Assembly (NCBI GenBank): GCA_016720655.1
Contig: JADKKE010000007.1
Location: forward strand, 104,385-168,384
Source: Bacteroidota bacterium
GTDB taxonomy: Bacteria; Bacteroidota; Bacteroidia; AKYH767-A; 2013-40CM-41-45
Direction of reading: 5' to 3'
DNA length: 64,000 bases
Positions 1-12,942 of this stretch are shown in pieces (positions within the stretch are counted from its first letter, which is position 1; each line of letters begins with the position of its first letter). The notes below the pieces were generated by a model. The model saw only the letters and a program-made list of their open reading frames with translations, did no database searches and was not told the origin of the DNA. Position numbers and translations under genes: made by a program.

Positions 1-999
1 AACACTGCACACGTTGAATATGCTACGGCTAATCGCCACTATGCACACGTTGACTGTCCGGGTCACGCTGACTATGTAAAGAACATGGTAACAGGTGCTG
101 CCCAAATGGATGGTGCAATCCTCGTTGTTGCTGCGACCGATGGTCCGATGCCACAAACACGTGAGCACATCCTTCTTGCTCGTCAGGTTGGTGTTCCTAA
201 AATCGTTGTGTTCATGAATAAAGTGGACATGGTTGATGATCCGGAACTTCTTGACCTCGTTGAAATGGAAATCCGCGAACTTCTTAGTTTCTATGAGTTC
301 GATGGTACAAACACTCCGGTTATCCGTGGTTCTGCTCTTGGTGGATTGAACAAAGATCCAAAATGGGTAGATGCAATCATGCAACTCATGGATGCTGTAG
401 ATACATTCATTCCGATTCCTCCTCGTGATGTTGATAAGCCTTTCCTTATGCCTGTTGAAGATGTATTCTCGATCACTGGTCGTGGTACAGTTGCAACCGG
501 TCGTATTGAGCGTGGTGTAATCAACTCCGGTGACGATGTTGAAATCATCGGAATGCAGGAAAAATCACTGAAGTCAACTGTAACAGGTGTGGAAATGTTC
601 CGCAAAATCCTGGATCGTGGTGAAGCTGGTGATAACGTAGGATTACTCCTTCGTGGTATTGAAAAGAACGATATCCGTCGTGGTATGGTTGTCGCTAAGC
701 CTGGTTCAATCACTCCACATACTCTCTTCAAAGCTGAGATCTATGTGTTGAAGAAAGAAGAAGGTGGACGTCACACTCCATTCCACAACAAATACCGCCC
801 ACAATTCTATCTGCGTACTACAGATGTAACAGGTGAAATCACACTTCCGGAAGGACGTGAAATGGTGATGCCTGGTGATAACGTAACTATCACTGTTGAA
901 TTGATTCAACCGGTAGCAATGGACAAAGGTCTTCGTTTCGCGATTCGCGAAGGTGGACGTACCGTTGGTGCAGGTCAGGTAATTGAAATTGTAAAATAA
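1..999 (+). CDS. tuf: Elongation factor Tu (5' end cut by window edge)
   Basis: Frame 1 is open from base 1 ([43 protein letters not shown]...). It shows the EF-Tu G-domain motifs DCPGH and NKVD plus domains II/III. Stop at 997-999. Confidence 0.97.
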   Translation, partial: NTAHVEYATANRHYAHVDCPGHADYVKNMVTGAAQMDGAILVVAATDGPMPQTREHILLARQVGVPKIVVFMNKVDMVDDPELLDLVEMEIRELLSFYEFDGTNTPVIRGSALGGLNKDPKWVDAIMQLMDAVDTFIPIPPRDVDKPFLMPVEDVFSITGRGTVATGRIERGVINSGDDVEIIGMQEKSLKSTVTGVEMFRKILDRGEAGDNVGLLLRGIEKNDIRRGMVVAKPGSITPHTLFKAEIYVLKKEEGGRHTPFHNKYRPQFYLRTTDVTGEITLPEGREMVMPGDNVTITVELIQPVAMDKGLRFAIREGGRTVGAGQVIEIVK

Positions 1000-1021
1000 A
1001 TCAATTGATTCTACAGGCTGA

Positions 1022-1052
1022 CAGCAGGTGATGGTAACATCTCCTGCTGTTT
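1022..1052 (+). terminator. Putative hairpin terminator after tuf
   Basis: cagcaggtgatg-gtaa-catctcctgctg forms a 12-bp stem with one mismatch, followed by only a short ttt. The T tract is weak. Confidence 0.35.
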
Positions 1053-1153
1053 CCTGTGAATACGAGGCGCATAGAAATAGGGTTTATAGACTGAAAAGGG
1101 CGATAGAATTTGTACTCTGGCAGAACAAATGAAATTCTCTCACAGCCGGCCAT

Positions 1154-1226
1154 ACGGGTGTAGCTCAATTGGTAGAGTAGCGGTCTCCAAAACCGTTGGC
1201 TGGGAGTTCGAGTCTCTCCACCCGTG
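1154..1226 (+). tRNA. tRNA-Trp (anticodon CCA)
   Basis: A 73-nt cloverleaf folded by hand. Acceptor acgggtg/cacccgt, D arm gctc..gagt, anticodon stem gcggt/accgt with loop ctCCAaa, T arm gggag-ttcgagt-ctctc. It sits in the classical position between tuf and secE. Confidence 0.92.
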
Positions 1227-1315
1227 CTAAAGTGTAAAAACAGATTTCTTTCTCTCGATTGATAATCTGATAGTTTTTGTGGTGTTCACCCATAATACAA
1301 AACGAATAATCCAAC

Positions 1316-1510
1316 ATGAGCAAAATCTCTGCTTATATTAAAGAAAGCTACACCGAATTGGTCGACAAAGTAAGTTGGCCTAGCTGGGAAGAGCTCCAAA
1401 GTAGTGTGATCGTAGTCATGGTGGCGACTGCCATCATTGGTCTGCTGATCTTCGTGATGGACTTTGGTTTCCAGGCCGTCATGAACCTGTTCTATAAAAT
1501 GATTGCCTAA
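1316..1510 (+). CDS. secE: Preprotein translocase subunit SecE
   Basis: A 64-aa protein with a single C-terminal TM helix (VIVVMVATAIIGLLIFVMDF) and the conserved KVSWPS motif, immediately upstream of nusG. Confidence 0.88.
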   Translation: MSKISAYIKESYTELVDKVSWPSWEELQSSVIVVMVATAIIGLLIFVMDFGFQAVMNLFYKMIA

Positions 1511-1522
1511 TTCACCCAAGAA

Positions 1523-2086
1523 ATGTCCGAAGCACAACAGCAGAAAGAACTGGTGAGAAAATGGTATGTCGTACGTGCCATCAGCGGTAAGGAGAAGAAA
1601 GTAAAACAATATATCGAATCAGAAATCAACCGCCTGAAGTTGAACGATTACGTTGCGCAGGTATTGATTCCGACCGAGAAGTTTTACCAGATTCGGAATG
1701 GAAAAAAAGTAAGTAAAGAAAGAAATATTCTCCCCGGTTACGTCCTAATCGAGGCCGCACTCGTAGGGGAAATTCCACATATTATTGAAAATATCTCCGG
1801 GGTGATTTCATTTCTCGGAGCGAAAGGCGAAGCTCCTGCTCCTTTGCGTCAGTCTGAAGTAAACCGAATACTCGGCAAGATGGATGAACTGGCCGATAGC
1901 GAAGCAGTAATGAATGTACCTTTTGTAGTAGGAGAAACAGTAAAGGTGATTGATGGTCCATTCAACAGTTTCAGTGGAGTGATCGAAGAAATTAATGAAG
2001 AAAAGAAAAAGCTCAAAGTGATGGTGAAAATTTTCGGAAGAAAAACACCTCTTGAGTTGAGTTATATGCAAGTTGAAAAAGAGTAA
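1523..2086 (+). CDS. nusG: Transcription termination/antitermination factor NusG
   Basis: NGN domain (KWYVVRAISGKEKKV) plus a C-terminal KOW domain (GETVKVIDGPFNSFSGVIEEIN). Conserved secE-nusG-rplK synteny. Confidence 0.95.
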   Translation: MSEAQQQKELVRKWYVVRAISGKEKKVKQYIESEINRLKLNDYVAQVLIPTEKFYQIRNGKKVSKERNILPGYVLIEAALVGEIPHIIENISGVISFLGAKGEAPAPLRQSEVNRILGKMDELADSEAVMNVPFVVGETVKVIDGPFNSFSGVIEEINEEKKKLKVMVKIFGRKTPLELSYMQVEKE

Positions 2087-2168
2087 ATGAATCAATGGAA
2101 TGACCGATGCTGCGTGAGCTTCCACTCGCAAGGCGGAAATTCTACTGAATCCAAACAAACAAAGAGCC

Positions 2169-2606
2169 ATGGCAAAAGAGATAAGCACATACATTAAATT
2201 ACAGGTAAAAGGTGGTGCAGCAAATCCGGCACCTCCAATCGGACCGGCCCTCGGTGCAAAGGGTGTGAACATCATGGAATTCTGCAAGCAGTTCAATGCA
2301 CGCACGCAGGATCAACCCGGAAAAGTATTGCCCGTAGTTATTACGGTTTATACCGACAAATCTTTTGAATTCATAATCAAAACTCCACCGGCAGCAGTAC
2401 AGTTGCTGGAGTTGGCGAAACTGAAAAGCGGTTCCAAAGAATCTAACCGTAACAAGGTTGGTTCGGTGAACTGGGATCAGGTGCGTCAGGTTGCTGAAAT
2501 AAAAATGCCAGATCTTAACTGCTTTACAATTGAATCAGCAATGAGCATGGTAGCAGGAACAGCGCGCAGCATGGGTATCACCGTAGATGGTGATCGTCCT
2601 TTCTGA
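2169..2606 (+). CDS. rplK: 50S ribosomal protein L11
   Basis: [36 protein letters not shown] is the canonical L11 N-terminal domain. Confidence 0.97.
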   Translation: MAKEISTYIKLQVKGGAANPAPPIGPALGAKGVNIMEFCKQFNARTQDQPGKVLPVVITVYTDKSFEFIIKTPPAAVQLLELAKLKSGSKESNRNKVGSVNWDQVRQVAEIKMPDLNCFTIESAMSMVAGTARSMGITVDGDRPF

Positions 2607-2739
2607 GACGTTTGCATTCATCCTGATACCTATCCGGTTGAAAAGATATCCTGAATCATCAGGTTCTTTATAGTCCAGATATTAACCGAAGGAGGGGGAG
2701 ATCCCATCAATCCCGTTCGTACTTCAAAACTTAAATACA

Positions 2740-3432
2740 ATGGCAAAAATCAGTAAGAAAAGGAAACAAGTTCTGGGCAAAGTTGACCAGAGCAAGGTTT
2801 ACAATTTGGCTGATGCTTCCAAAATTGTGAAGGATATTACCACCACAAAATTTGATGCATCTGTCGATCTTAGTATCCGTTTGGGAGTAGATCCCCGGAA
2901 AGCGAACCAGATGGTCCGCGGTGTCGTGACGCTTCCTCACGGAACCGGTAAAACCAAAAAGGTACTTGTACTCTGTACACCTGACAAAGAAGCTGAGGCG
3001 AAAGAAGCCGGAGCAGACTACGTTGGACTGGATGAGTACATTCAGAAAATCGAGCAGGGCTGGACAGATATCGATGTCGTTATTACAATGCCGAGTGTGA
3101 TGGGCAAAGTAGGGAAACTCGGTAAAATCCTCGGTCCAAGAAACCTCATGCCAAACCCGAAAACCGGTACTGTTACTACCGATATCGCAAAGGCGGTGAA
3201 TGAGGTGAAAGCCGGTAAGATCGACTTCAAAGTCGACAAGCAAGGCAGTATTCATGCTTCTATTGGAAAAGTATCTTTTGATGCAACCAAAATTGCGGAT
3301 AATGCACACGAATTGCTTCACACGATTATCAAGTTGAAGCCTTCTTCTGCTAAAGGTACCTACCTGAAAAGTGTTTATTTGTCTAGTACGATGAGCCCTT
3401 CGGTTCAAATCGATACGAAAACCTTATCGTAA
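2740..3432 (+). CDS. rplA: 50S ribosomal protein L1
   Basis: 230 aa. [34 protein letters not shown] is the L1 signature. Confidence 0.97.
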   Translation: MAKISKKRKQVLGKVDQSKVYNLADASKIVKDITTTKFDASVDLSIRLGVDPRKANQMVRGVVTLPHGTGKTKKVLVLCTPDKEAEAKEAGADYVGLDEYIQKIEQGWTDIDVVITMPSVMGKVGKLGKILGPRNLMPNPKTGTVTTDIAKAVNEVKAGKIDFKVDKQGSIHASIGKVSFDATKIADNAHELLHTIIKLKPSSAKGTYLKSVYLSSTMSPSVQIDTKTLS

Positions 3433-3473
3433 TCCGGGAGATTTTCCGGTTAAACCTTAAACGTTAATCCATC

Positions 3474-4001
3474 ATGAAAAGAGAAGAAAAGGACGTGATC
3501 ATTGGCGAGATCGCGGAACTCCTCACCAAATATCCGAATGTCTATATCACCGATACATCGGCACTCACTGTTGGTAAAACCAATCAGTTGCGTCGCTTGT
3601 GTTTTGCAAAAGGTGTAAAGATGCTCGTTGCCAAAAATTCATTGATTCAAAAAGCAATGGAGAAAAAAGATGCAGCTGCTTATGAAGGCATATTTTCTGC
3701 ACTTTCTGGAACCAGCGCTTTGTTGTTCAGTGAAATCGGAAATGAACCGGCTAAACTCATCAAAGCATTCCGCAAGACTGGAAATGAAAAACCACTTTTG
3801 AAAGGTGCCTGGATTGATACAGCTGTTTTCCTCGGCGACAATCAACTGGATACCCTTGCTACCATTAAATCCAAAAATGAATTGGTGGCAGACATTATCG
3901 CTTTGTTACAATCTCCTGCACGCAATGTTATTTCTGGTCTTCAAGCCAGTGGTGGCAAACTTGCAGGTATCATCAAAACACTTTCGGAACGGGCTGCATA
4001 A
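3474..4001 (+). CDS. rplJ: 50S ribosomal protein L10
   Basis: 175 aa. The position between rplA and rplL and the L10-like N-terminal region support the call. Confidence 0.93.
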   Translation: MKREEKDVIIGEIAELLTKYPNVYITDTSALTVGKTNQLRRLCFAKGVKMLVAKNSLIQKAMEKKDAAAYEGIFSALSGTSALLFSEIGNEPAKLIKAFRKTGNEKPLLKGAWIDTAVFLGDNQLDTLATIKSKNELVADIIALLQSPARNVISGLQASGGKLAGIIKTLSERAA

Positions 4002-4112
4002 ACAGCTGCTGTACTCAGTTAGTGTCAGTAAAAGAATGCTTCCAAGAACAACATAATTCAATTTTAAATTAACCCTAACAAGAAATCTCTAACAATTAAA
4101 ACCTCATAAAAA

Positions 4113-4490
4113 ATGGCAGATCTCAAAGCATTCGCTGAGCAGTTGGTCAACCTGACAGTGAAAGAAGTAAATGAACTCGCAAAGATCCTGAAGGATGAAT
4201 ATGGTATCGAGCCTGCAGCTGCTGCTGTAGCTGTAGCCGCTGCTGGCGGTGGTGATGGCGCTGCTGTTGCTGCTGAAAAATCAACTTTCGATGTGATCCT
4301 GAAAGCACCAGGTGGTGCAAAATTGAACATCGTTAAATTGGTGAAAGAAATCACTGGTCTCGGTTTGAAAGAAGCGAAAGACCTCGTTGATGGCGCACCA
4401 AAAGCAGTAAAAGAAGGCATTTCTAAAGAAGAAGCAAATGCTATTAAATCACAATTGGAAGAAGCAGGAGCTGAGATTGAACTTAAGTAA
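4113..4490 (+). CDS. rplL: 50S ribosomal protein L7/L12
   Basis: N-terminal dimerisation helix, Ala/Gly hinge ([20 protein letters not shown]), and C-terminal domain [28 protein letters not shown]. Confidence 0.97.
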   Translation: MADLKAFAEQLVNLTVKEVNELAKILKDEYGIEPAAAAVAVAAAGGGDGAAVAAEKSTFDVILKAPGGAKLNIVKLVKEITGLGLKEAKDLVDGAPKAVKEGISKEEANAIKSQLEEAGAEIELK

Positions 4491-4517
4491 GGAACCGGCT
4501 TCTGTCCGCGAGCAATT

Positions 4518-4564
4518 ATAGACCTTTCCCCGTCAAAAACGGGGATAGGTCTATATCCTTTTTT
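4518..4564 (+). terminator. rplL-rpoB intergenic hairpin (attenuator / partial terminator)
   Basis: atagacctttccccg-tcaaaaa-cggggataggtctat forms a 15-bp stem with one mismatch, followed by atccTTTTTT. Confidence 0.6.
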
Positions 4565-4632
4565 AACAGGTGAAGGTTTCCGGAAACATTTCATCGTTAA
4601 AAATTCTAATTCACTTAATAAACCCCAGCACC

Positions 4633-7600
4633 GTGTCCACAGCCATAACTCCTACCAAAAGATTCAGCTTCTCGACCAACAAGCATACAATCGACTATCC
4701 TGATTTTTTGGATGTCCAACTGAAATCTTTTCAAGATTTTTTCCAGCTTGAAACTACTTCTGACAACCGTCAGAAAGAAGGTCTTTATAAAGTATTTAGT
4801 GAGAATTTCCCGATCACGGATTCTCGGAACAATTTCGTTCTTGAGTTTCTGGACTACTTCATCGATCCACCAAGGTATTCGATCGAAGAATGTATCGAAC
4901 GCGGATTGACTCATAGTGTTCCTCTGAAAGCAAAACTTAAATTGTATTGCACAGATCCGGAACATGAAGATTTCGAAACGATCGTCCAGGATGTTTACCT
5001 GGGAACCATTCCGTACATGACACCAAAGGGAACTTTCGTGATCAATGGTGCGGAACGTGTTGTCGTTTCTCAATTGCACCGTTCTCCCGGCGTGTTCTTC
5101 GGACAAAGCCGACATGCGAATGGTACAAAACTCTATTCTGCCCGAGTGATCCCATTCAAAGGATCCTGGATTGAATTCGCGACTGATATCAACAATGTCA
5201 TGTATGCTTACATCGATCGGAAAAAGAAATTTCCGGTAACGACTTTGCTGCGTGCCATCGGATATCAGACCGACAAAGAAATCCTGGAAATCTTCGGACT
5301 CGCCGATGAATTCAAAGTAACCAAATCAGGTATCAAAAATGCAAACAACCGCAAACTCGCTGCCCGGGTTTTGAAAACATGGGTGGAGGATTTCGTTGAT
5401 GAGGATACCGGTGAAGTGGTTTCTATCGAGCGTAACGAAGTGATCATCGAGCGTGAAACAATTCTTGAAGAACATCATTTGGATCTGATTGTTGAATCGG
5501 GTGTGAAATCCATTATCCTCCACAAAGAGGATATGAACACCAACGATTACGCGATCATTTACAATACACTTCAGAAAGATACATCGAACTCAGAAAAAGA
5601 AGCGGTGGAGCATATTTATCGTCAGTTGCGTAATGCTGAACCACCGGATGAAGAAACCGCCCGTGGTATCATCGACAAACTTTTCTTCTCTGATAAACGC
5701 TATGACCTTGGAGATGTTGGCCGTTACCGGATCAACAAAAAACTCGGTCTGGAAATCGCTGAAGATACCCGTGTACTTACAAAGCAAGACATCATTGAAA
5801 TCATCCGTCAGCTCATTCAGCTGATCAACTCCAAAGCTGAGGTGGATGATATCGATCACTTGTCGAACCGACGTGTACGTACTGTTGGCGAACAATTGTA
5901 TGCTCAATTCGGAGTTGGACTTGCCCGTATGGCTCGTACCATCCGTGAACGTATGAACGTTCGTGACAATGAAGTATTCACGCCTGCAGATTTGATCAAT
6001 GCCAAGACACTCTCTTCGGTGATCAATTCTTTCTTTGGGACAAATCAATTGTCTCAGTTCATGGATCAAACAAATCCACTCGCGGAAATCACGCACAAGC
6101 GCCGTTTATCGGCACTCGGGCCTGGAGGTCTCTCCCGTGAACGCGCAGGATTTGAAGTTCGTGACGTACACTATACACACTACGGTCGTCTCTGTACAAT
6201 TGAAACACCGGAAGGACCAAACATTGGTTTGATTTCTTCCTTGTGTGTATTTGCAAAAATTAACAATCTCGGATTTATCGAAACTCCATACCGTAGCGTT
6301 TCTAATGGTAGAGTAGATGTAGATAAGCCGGTTATTTATCTGACGGCAGAAGAAGAAGACGGAAAAGTAATTGCACAGGCGAATGCAGGTGTCAATGAAA
6401 AAGGAGATTTCGAAGAGCTGAAAGTTAAAGCCCGGTACGAAGGTGACTTCCCGATTGTTGATCCTGATAAAATTCACCTGATTGACGTAGGTCCGAATCA
6501 GATTGCTTCGATTGCCGCATCCCTGATTCCATTCCTGGAACATGATGACGCCAACCGTGCCCTGATGGGATCGAACATGCAACGTCAGGCAGTTCCATTG
6601 CTTCGTCCACAGGCTCCAATCGTTGGAACCGGTCTTGAAGGTTTGGTTGCACGCGATTCCCGAGTGCTGATCAATGCGGAAGGTGATGGAGTTGTTGAAT
6701 ATGTAGATGCGAATGAAATTATCATTCGTTACAACCGCAAAGAACATGAGAAACTCGTGAGCTTTGAAGACGATGTAAAATCGTATAACCTTACCAAGTT
6801 CCAAAAGACCAACCAGAGTACATGTATCAATTTGAAACCAATTGTTCTCAAAGGACAAAAAGTGAAAAAGGGTCAGGTACTTTCTGAAGGGTATGCAACA
6901 CAAGGTGGAGAACTTGCATTGGGTCGTAACTTGAAAGTGGCTTTCATGCCATGGAAAGGTTACAATTTTGAAGATGCGATTGTAATTTCTGAGAAAGTAA
7001 TCCGTGAAGATATCTTTACTTCTATACACGTTGATGAATACAGTCTGGAAGTTCGCGATACCAAGCGTGGTATGGAGGAACTCACTGCTGATATTCCAAA
7101 CGTAAGTGAAGAAGCTACACGGGAGCTTGATGAAAACGGAATCATTCGTGTTGGAGCAGAAGTAGGAGAGGGCGATATTCTCATCGGTAAAATCACACCG
7201 AAGGGAGAAACAGATCCTTCACCTGAAGAAAAACTCCTTCGTGCGATCTTCGGTGATAAAGCCGGGGACGTAAAAGATGCTTCCCTGAAAGTTCCACCAT
7301 CCGTTAAAGGAGTTGTGATTGACAAACGTCTGTTCTCTCGTGTTGTTGCAAAAGACAAAACGCAGAAGAATGACGAGAAAGTTCAACTCGAAAAACTGGA
7401 TAAGGAATACAATCAGCATGCTGCTGAACTGAAAGAAAAACTGATCGATAAATTATTCTTACTGGTGAGTGGAAAGACTTCTCAGGGTGTTACTGACCTC
7501 TTCAAAGAAGTCATCATCCCGAAAGGTGCCAAGTTCACGCAAAAGATGCTCTCTGAAATCAACTACGAAACCGTTAATCCGGATAAATGGACGACAGACA

Positions 7601-8448
7601 AAGAGAAAAATGATCAGATCAAGCAATTGTTACACAATTTCAACATCAAATACAACGATGTGACAGGGATCTACAAGCGTAAGAAATTTGCTCTTACTGT
7701 TGGAGATGAATTGCCTGCCGGAATTGTACAGCTTGCCAAAGTATACATTGCTAAAAAGCGTAAGCTGAAAGTGGGTGATAAGATGGCGGGTCGTCACGGT
7801 AACAAGGGTATCGTTGCGAAAATTGTTCGCGATGAAGATATGCCATTCCTCGAAGATGGAACTCCTGTAGATATCGTATTGAATCCACTGGGTGTACCAT
7901 CACGGATGAACCTTGGACAGATTTATGAAACGATCCTTGCATGGGCCGGAGAAAAACTGGGGATGAATTTTGCAACCCCGATTTTTGACGGAGCTACCAT
8001 CGAGCAGATCGATGATTATGTATTGAAAGCAGGTCTTCCAAAATTTGGTTCTACGTATCTCCACGATGGTGGAACAGGTGAGCGCTTTGACCAGCCGGCT
8101 ACAGTGGGTATTATCTATATGATGAAACTGGGTCACATGGTTGATGATAAGATGCACGCCCGTTCAATCGGACCATACTCGCTCATCACACAACAACCGT
8201 TGGGTGGTAAAGCGCAGTTCGGAGGTCAGCGATTCGGAGAAATGGAAGTTTGGGCATTGGAAGCATTCGGTGCTGCCAATATCCTACAGGAAATTCTTAC
8301 AGTGAAATCAGATGACGTCATCGGTCGTGCGAAAACGTACGAAGCGATTGTTAAAGGCGACAATCTGCCAACACCGGGAATTCCGGAATCCTTCAATGTA
8401 TTGCTCCATGAACTTCGTGGATTAGGCCTGAAGATTACCCTCGAATAA
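4633..8448 (+). CDS. rpoB: DNA-directed RNA polymerase subunit beta
   Basis: Full-length RpoB. The ORF-track start at 4570 (GTG) lies only 5 nt after the hairpin T tract. An in-frame GTG at 4633 gives (M)[32 protein letters not shown], which has the usual Bacteroidota N-terminal spacing before DYPDFLD. Confidence 0.95.
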   Translation: MSTAITPTKRFSFSTNKHTIDYPDFLDVQLKSFQDFFQLETTSDNRQKEGLYKVFSENFPITDSRNNFVLEFLDYFIDPPRYSIEECIERGLTHSVPLKAKLKLYCTDPEHEDFETIVQDVYLGTIPYMTPKGTFVINGAERVVVSQLHRSPGVFFGQSRHANGTKLYSARVIPFKGSWIEFATDINNVMYAYIDRKKKFPVTTLLRAIGYQTDKEILEIFGLADEFKVTKSGIKNANNRKLAARVLKTWVEDFVDEDTGEVVSIERNEVIIERETILEEHHLDLIVESGVKSIILHKEDMNTNDYAIIYNTLQKDTSNSEKEAVEHIYRQLRNAEPPDEETARGIIDKLFFSDKRYDLGDVGRYRINKKLGLEIAEDTRVLTKQDIIEIIRQLIQLINSKAEVDDIDHLSNRRVRTVGEQLYAQFGVGLARMARTIRERMNVRDNEVFTPADLINAKTLSSVINSFFGTNQLSQFMDQTNPLAEITHKRRLSALGPGGLSRERAGFEVRDVHYTHYGRLCTIETPEGPNIGLISSLCVFAKINNLGFIETPYRSVSNGRVDVDKPVIYLTAEEEDGKVIAQANAGVNEKGDFEELKVKARYEGDFPIVDPDKIHLIDVGPNQIASIAASLIPFLEHDDANRALMGSNMQRQAVPLLRPQAPIVGTGLEGLVARDSRVLINAEGDGVVEYVDANEIIIRYNRKEHEKLVSFEDDVKSYNLTKFQKTNQSTCINLKPIVLKGQKVKKGQVLSEGYATQGGELALGRNLKVAFMPWKGYNFEDAIVISEKVIREDIFTSIHVDEYSLEVRDTKRGMEELTADIPNVSEEATRELDENGIIRVGAEVGEGDILIGKITPKGETDPSPEEKLLRAIFGDKAGDVKDASLKVPPSVKGVVIDKRLFSRVVAKDKTQKNDEKVQLEKLDKEYNQHAAELKEKLIDKLFLLVSGKTSQGVTDLFKEVIIPKGAKFTQKMLSEINYETVNPDKWTTDKEKNDQIKQLLHNFNIKYNDVTGIYKRKKFALTVGDELPAGIVQLAKVYIAKKRKLKVGDKMAGRHGNKGIVAKIVRDEDMPFLEDGTPVDIVLNPLGVPSRMNLGQIYETILAWAGEKLGMNFATPIFDGATIEQIDDYVLKAGLPKFGSTYLHDGGTGERFDQPATVGIIYMMKLGHMVDDKMHARSIGPYSLITQQPLGGKAQFGGQRFGEMEVWALEAFGAANILQEILTVKSDDVIGRAKTYEAIVKGDNLPTPGIPESFNVLLHELRGLGLKITLE

Positions 8449-8519
8449 TGTTTGTTGTTTAGAAAGTACAAGCGTTCACGCTAAACATTCTTTAAACCTC
8501 AAACTAAAAATCAAAAAAG

Positions 8520-11500
8520 ATGGCAACCAGAAAAGAAATAAAGATCAAATCAAATTTCACCAAGATCATCATCAGTCTGGCATCTCCGGAACATATCCTG
8601 GAGCAGTCGAGTGGTGAAGTTCTGAAGCCAGAAACAATCAATTACAGGACGTATAAACCCGAGCGTGACGGATTATTCTGCGAGCGGATTTTCGGACCGG
8701 TAAAAGATTGGGAGTGTCATTGCGGTAAATACAAACGGATCCGTTACAAAGGAATCGTTTGTGATCGCTGCGGTGTTGAAGTAACAGAGAAAAAAGTACG
8801 TCGTGAACGGATGGGGCATATCACCCTGACGGTTCCCGTTGCACACATCTGGTATTTCCGTTCCCTGCCGAACAAAATCGGTTACCTGTTGGGACTTCCT
8901 ACAAAGAAGCTCGATATGATTATTTACTACGAACGGTATGTAGTAATTCAGGCAGGTATCAAGGGAGCAGACGGAATTAATTATCTCGACTTCCTCACAG
9001 AAGAAGAATATCTCCAGATTCTCGAAGCACTTCCAAAAGACAATCAACATCTGGATGAAAAGGATCCGAATAAATTCATCGCGAAGATGGGAGCGGAAGC
9101 ATTGTATGATCTGCTTTCCCGTTTGAATCTTGATGAATTGTCTTACAACCTTCGTCACCAAGCCAGCAATGAAACTTCCCAGCAACGTAAAAATGAAGCG
9201 TTGAAACGCCTCAATGTTGTGGAAGCTTTCCGTTCTGCAAATACGCATATTGAAAATCATCCGGAATGGATGATTGTAAAAGTAGTACCGGTGATTCCAC
9301 CGGAATTACGTCCACTCGTTCCTCTGGATGGTGGCCGTTTTGCTACTTCGGATTTGAACGATCTGTACCGTCGTGTGATCATCAGAAATAACCGCTTGAA
9401 ACGTCTTCTTGAAATCAAAGCGCCGGATGTAATCCTGCGGAATGAAAAGCGGATGTTGCAAGAGGCGGTGGATTCTTTGTTTGACAATTCACGTAAAGTG
9501 AATGCTGTGAAAACGGAATCCAACCGTGCACTGAAATCATTGTCGGATTCATTGAAAGGTAAACAAGGACGGTTCCGTCAGAACCTGCTTGGTAAACGTG
9601 TCGATTATTCAGCACGTTCTGTCATTGTTGTAGGACCTGAAATGAAACTTCACGAATGCGGTCTGCCGAAAGATATGGCAGCCGAATTGTTCAAACCTTT
9701 TATCATCCGTAAGATGATCGAAAGAGGTGTCGTGAAGACAGTAAAATCAGCGAAGAAAATTGTTGACAGAAAAGACCCGATTGTTTGGGACATTCTTGAA
9801 AACGTATTGAAAGGTCATCCGGTTCTTCTGAATCGTGCCCCGACTCTTCACCGTTTGGGAATCCAGGCATTCCAGCCGAAACTGATCGAAGGAAAAGCAA
9901 TTCAATTGCACCCTTTGGTTTGTACTGCCTTCAACGCTGACTTTGACGGTGACCAGATGGCTGTACACGTTCCACTTGGACATGCTGCCGTTCTGGAAGC
10001 ACAAATGTTAATGCTTGCCTCTCACAATATCCTGAACCCTGCTAACGGAGCGCCGATTACAGTTCCTTCTCAGGACATGGTACTTGGACTTTACTACATC
10101 ACGAAAGAAAGAAAGACAGAAGGAAAAGTGAAAGTAAAAGGAGATGGAATGCGTTTCTATTCTGCCGAAGAAGTAATTATCGCTTTCAACGAAGGCATTT
10201 GTGAACTGCATGCACCAATTCAGGTAAAAGCAAATGTGCTGACTGAAGATGGTGGACTATCCAGAGAAATGATCAAGACCACTGTTGGTCGTGTATTGTT
10301 TAACCAGGTGGTTCCCGAAGCAGCAGGTTACATTAACCAATTGTTGACGAAGAAAGCACTGCGTGATATTATCGGAGAAGTATTGAAGAAATGCGGAGTT
10401 GCTGCAACTGCGAAATTCCTCGATGATATTAAAGATCTCGGATTTAAAATGGCCTTCAAAGGCGGACTTTCGTTCAATCTTGAAGACGTAAAAATTCCGG
10501 AAGTAAAAACAGAACTGATCGGTAAAGCGAATCTTGAAGTAGATGAAGTGATGAATAACTATAACATGGGATTCATCACCTACAACGAGCGTTACAACCA
10601 GATCATTGATATCTGGACACGTACCAGTTCACGGATCACAGAAACGCTGATGAAGCAACTGTCGACCGATAAGCAGGGATTCAACTCGATTTACATGATG
10701 TTGGATTCCGGAGCCCGTGGTTCCAAAGAGCAGATTCGTCAGCTTGGTGGAATGCGCGGTCTGATGGCGAAACCACAAAAAAGTGGTTCTACCGGAGGAG
10801 AAATTATCGAGAACCCGATCCTGTCTAACTTTAAAGAAGGATTGTCGATCCTCGAGTACTTTATCTCGACTCACGGTGCGCGTAAAGGACTTGCCGATAC
10901 AGCCTTGAAAACGGCTGATGCCGGTTACCTTACACGTCGTCTCGTGGATGTGGCTCAGGACGTGATTATCACAGATGAAGACTGTGGTACTCTTCGTGGA
11001 CTTGCAGAAACAGCGCTGAAAAATAATGAGGAAGTTGTTGAATCCTTGTACGACCGTATTCTTGGTCGTGTATCCCTTCACACAATTTACCATCCGTTAA
11101 CAGGTGCTGTGATCATCGAATCCGGAAAAGAATTTACGGAAGAGATTGCTGCTCAGATCGAAGAATCTCCGGTTGAAACTGTTGAAATTCGTTCTGTTCT
11201 GACTTGTGAATCGGATCGTGGTGTTTGTGCTAAATGTTATGGCAGAAATCTTGCGACCGGAAGAATGGTTCAAAAAGGAGAAGCTGTAGGTGTCATCGCC
11301 GCGCAATCCATTGGTGAACCTGGAACACAGCTTACACTGCGTACCTTCCACGTGGGTGGTGTGGCACAAAAAGGTGCCAACGAATCTGAACTGAAAGCGA
11401 AATACAGTGGTAAACTGGAATTCGAAGAAGTGAAGACGGTTACTCACAAGGATGGAAACAAATCTCATGAATTGGTGATTGGTCGTTCCGGTGAATTCAG

Positions 11501-12815
11501 AATCGTAGATACAAATACAGGAACTGTTTTAACAACCTCCAATATCCCTTACGGTTCAAAACTGTTTGTGAAAGCCGGAGATATTCTTGAAAAAGGAACT
11601 GTGATCTGCGAATGGGATCCGTACAATGCGGTTATCCTTTCCGAGTTTGCTGGAAAAATCGAATTCGAACACATTGAAGAAGGGATAACCTTCCGTGAAG
11701 AATCCGATGAACAAACCGGTTATAAAGAAAAAGTAATTATTGAAACCCGCGATAAGACAAAGAACCCTGCCATCCGGATTCTGGATGAAAAGAAAGAAGT
11801 TGTCAAAGGGTATAACATTCCGGTTGGAGCACACATCATGGTGAACAAAGGACAGAAAATTCAGTCCGGAGACATCCTGGTTAAAATTCCTCGCGCGACA
11901 GGTAAATCCGGTGATATCACCGGTGGTCTTCCACGTGTAACGGAATTATTTGAAGCTCGTAACCCAAGTAATCCTGCTGTTGTTTCTGAAATTGACGGTA
12001 TTGTTTCTTACGGTGGTATTAAGCGTGGTAATCGTGAAATTGTCATCACTTCCCGTGATGGTGAAGTCAAGAAATATCTCGTTCCACTGTCCAAACATAT
12101 CCTCGTTCAGGACAATGACTTTATTAAAGCCGGTGACGCCCTTTCTGATGGTGCAATTACTCCAAGCGATATCCTCGCTATCAAAGGACCAGCAATGGTT
12201 CAGGAGTATCTTGTAAATGAAGTACAGGAAGTTTACCGTCTTCAGGGTGTGAAGATTAATGACAAGCACTTTGAGGTTATCGTTCGTCAGATGATGCGTA
12301 AAGTAGTCATCGAAGATCCGGGCGATACAATTTTCCTTGAGCGTGAATTTGTCGATCGTGTTGATTTCATGAAAGAGAATGATTCGATGATGGACAAAGT
12401 TGTAGTCCTTGAACCGGGAGATTCTGCTGAAGTGAAAGCCGGTCAGATCATTACACTTCGTAAGTTGAAAGAGGAGAATTCTCTCCTGAAACGTAAGGAC
12501 CAAAAGCCTATTGATACAAGAGATGCTATTCCGGCAACTTCTTCTCCGATTCTTCAGGGTATTACGCAAGCCTCTCTCCATACGAAGAGCTGGATTTCGG
12601 CTGCTTCCTTCCAGGAAACAACTAAGGTTCTCAACGAAGCTGCTGTTAATGGAAAAGTTGATGACTTGCTCGGCTTGAAGGAAAATGTAATCGTTGGTCA
12701 CCTCATTCCAGCAGGTACCGGATTGCGTGAGTACGATCGACTGATTGTGGGTTCACAGGAGGAATACGACCTTCTGATGGCTTCCAAACAGGAAGAGGAA
12801 GTTTCTGCACGTTAA
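8520..12815 (+). CDS. rpoC: DNA-directed RNA polymerase subunit beta'
   Basis: 1431 aa, with the zinc finger [23 protein letters not shown] and the catalytic NADFDGDQM motif. Confidence 0.98.
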   Translation: MATRKEIKIKSNFTKIIISLASPEHILEQSSGEVLKPETINYRTYKPERDGLFCERIFGPVKDWECHCGKYKRIRYKGIVCDRCGVEVTEKKVRRERMGHITLTVPVAHIWYFRSLPNKIGYLLGLPTKKLDMIIYYERYVVIQAGIKGADGINYLDFLTEEEYLQILEALPKDNQHLDEKDPNKFIAKMGAEALYDLLSRLNLDELSYNLRHQASNETSQQRKNEALKRLNVVEAFRSANTHIENHPEWMIVKVVPVIPPELRPLVPLDGGRFATSDLNDLYRRVIIRNNRLKRLLEIKAPDVILRNEKRMLQEAVDSLFDNSRKVNAVKTESNRALKSLSDSLKGKQGRFRQNLLGKRVDYSARSVIVVGPEMKLHECGLPKDMAAELFKPFIIRKMIERGVVKTVKSAKKIVDRKDPIVWDILENVLKGHPVLLNRAPTLHRLGIQAFQPKLIEGKAIQLHPLVCTAFNADFDGDQMAVHVPLGHAAVLEAQMLMLASHNILNPANGAPITVPSQDMVLGLYYITKERKTEGKVKVKGDGMRFYSAEEVIIAFNEGICELHAPIQVKANVLTEDGGLSREMIKTTVGRVLFNQVVPEAAGYINQLLTKKALRDIIGEVLKKCGVAATAKFLDDIKDLGFKMAFKGGLSFNLEDVKIPEVKTELIGKANLEVDEVMNNYNMGFITYNERYNQIIDIWTRTSSRITETLMKQLSTDKQGFNSIYMMLDSGARGSKEQIRQLGGMRGLMAKPQKSGSTGGEIIENPILSNFKEGLSILEYFISTHGARKGLADTALKTADAGYLTRRLVDVAQDVIITDEDCGTLRGLAETALKNNEEVVESLYDRILGRVSLHTIYHPLTGAVIIESGKEFTEEIAAQIEESPVETVEIRSVLTCESDRGVCAKCYGRNLATGRMVQKGEAVGVIAAQSIGEPGTQLTLRTFHVGGVAQKGANESELKAKYSGKLEFEEVKTVTHKDGNKSHELVIGRSGEFRIVDTNTGTVLTTSNIPYGSKLFVKAGDILEKGTVICEWDPYNAVILSEFAGKIEFEHIEEGITFREESDEQTGYKEKVIIETRDKTKNPAIRILDEKKEVVKGYNIPVGAHIMVNKGQKIQSGDILVKIPRATGKSGDITGGLPRVTELFEARNPSNPAVVSEIDGIVSYGGIKRGNREIVITSRDGEVKKYLVPLSKHILVQDNDFIKAGDALSDGAITPSDILAIKGPAMVQEYLVNEVQEVYRLQGVKINDKHFEVIVRQMMRKVVIEDPGDTIFLEREFVDRVDFMKENDSMMDKVVVLEPGDSAEVKAGQIITLRKLKEENSLLKRKDQKPIDTRDAIPATSSPILQGITQASLHTKSWISAASFQETTKVLNEAAVNGKVDDLLGLKENVIVGHLIPAGTGLREYDRLIVGSQEEYDLLMASKQEEEVSAR

Positions 12816-12836
12816 TCGTCATTAAACATAAAAAAA

Positions 12837-12869
12837 AGGTCCATTCGGAAGAGTGGACCTTTTTTATTT
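12837..12869. terminator. Rho-independent terminator after rpoC
   Basis: aaaaaaaa-GGTCCAT-tcggaaga-GTGGACC-ttttttatttt. The flanking A tract on one side and T tract on the other make it potentially bidirectional. Confidence 0.8.
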
Positions 12870-12942
12870 TGAAAGATGTTGAGATAAAGATTACCGATTT
12901 TTTTACGACCTTTGATATAAATATTTTAATACTCAAATTTCC

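Noticed and set aside
2731-3408. 225-aa ORF antisense to rplA. Similar long antisense ORFs occur at 4064..4594 (rplL), 6106..7029 (rpoB), 11946..12701 (rpoC), 20660..21193 (lolE-like), 57759..58256 (lpxA) and 60136..60633 (ald-like).
   Set aside because: Each lies entirely opposite a strongly conserved gene. They have skewed, low-complexity or Cys/Arg/Phe-rich composition and no recognisable motifs. This is typical of shadow ORFs.
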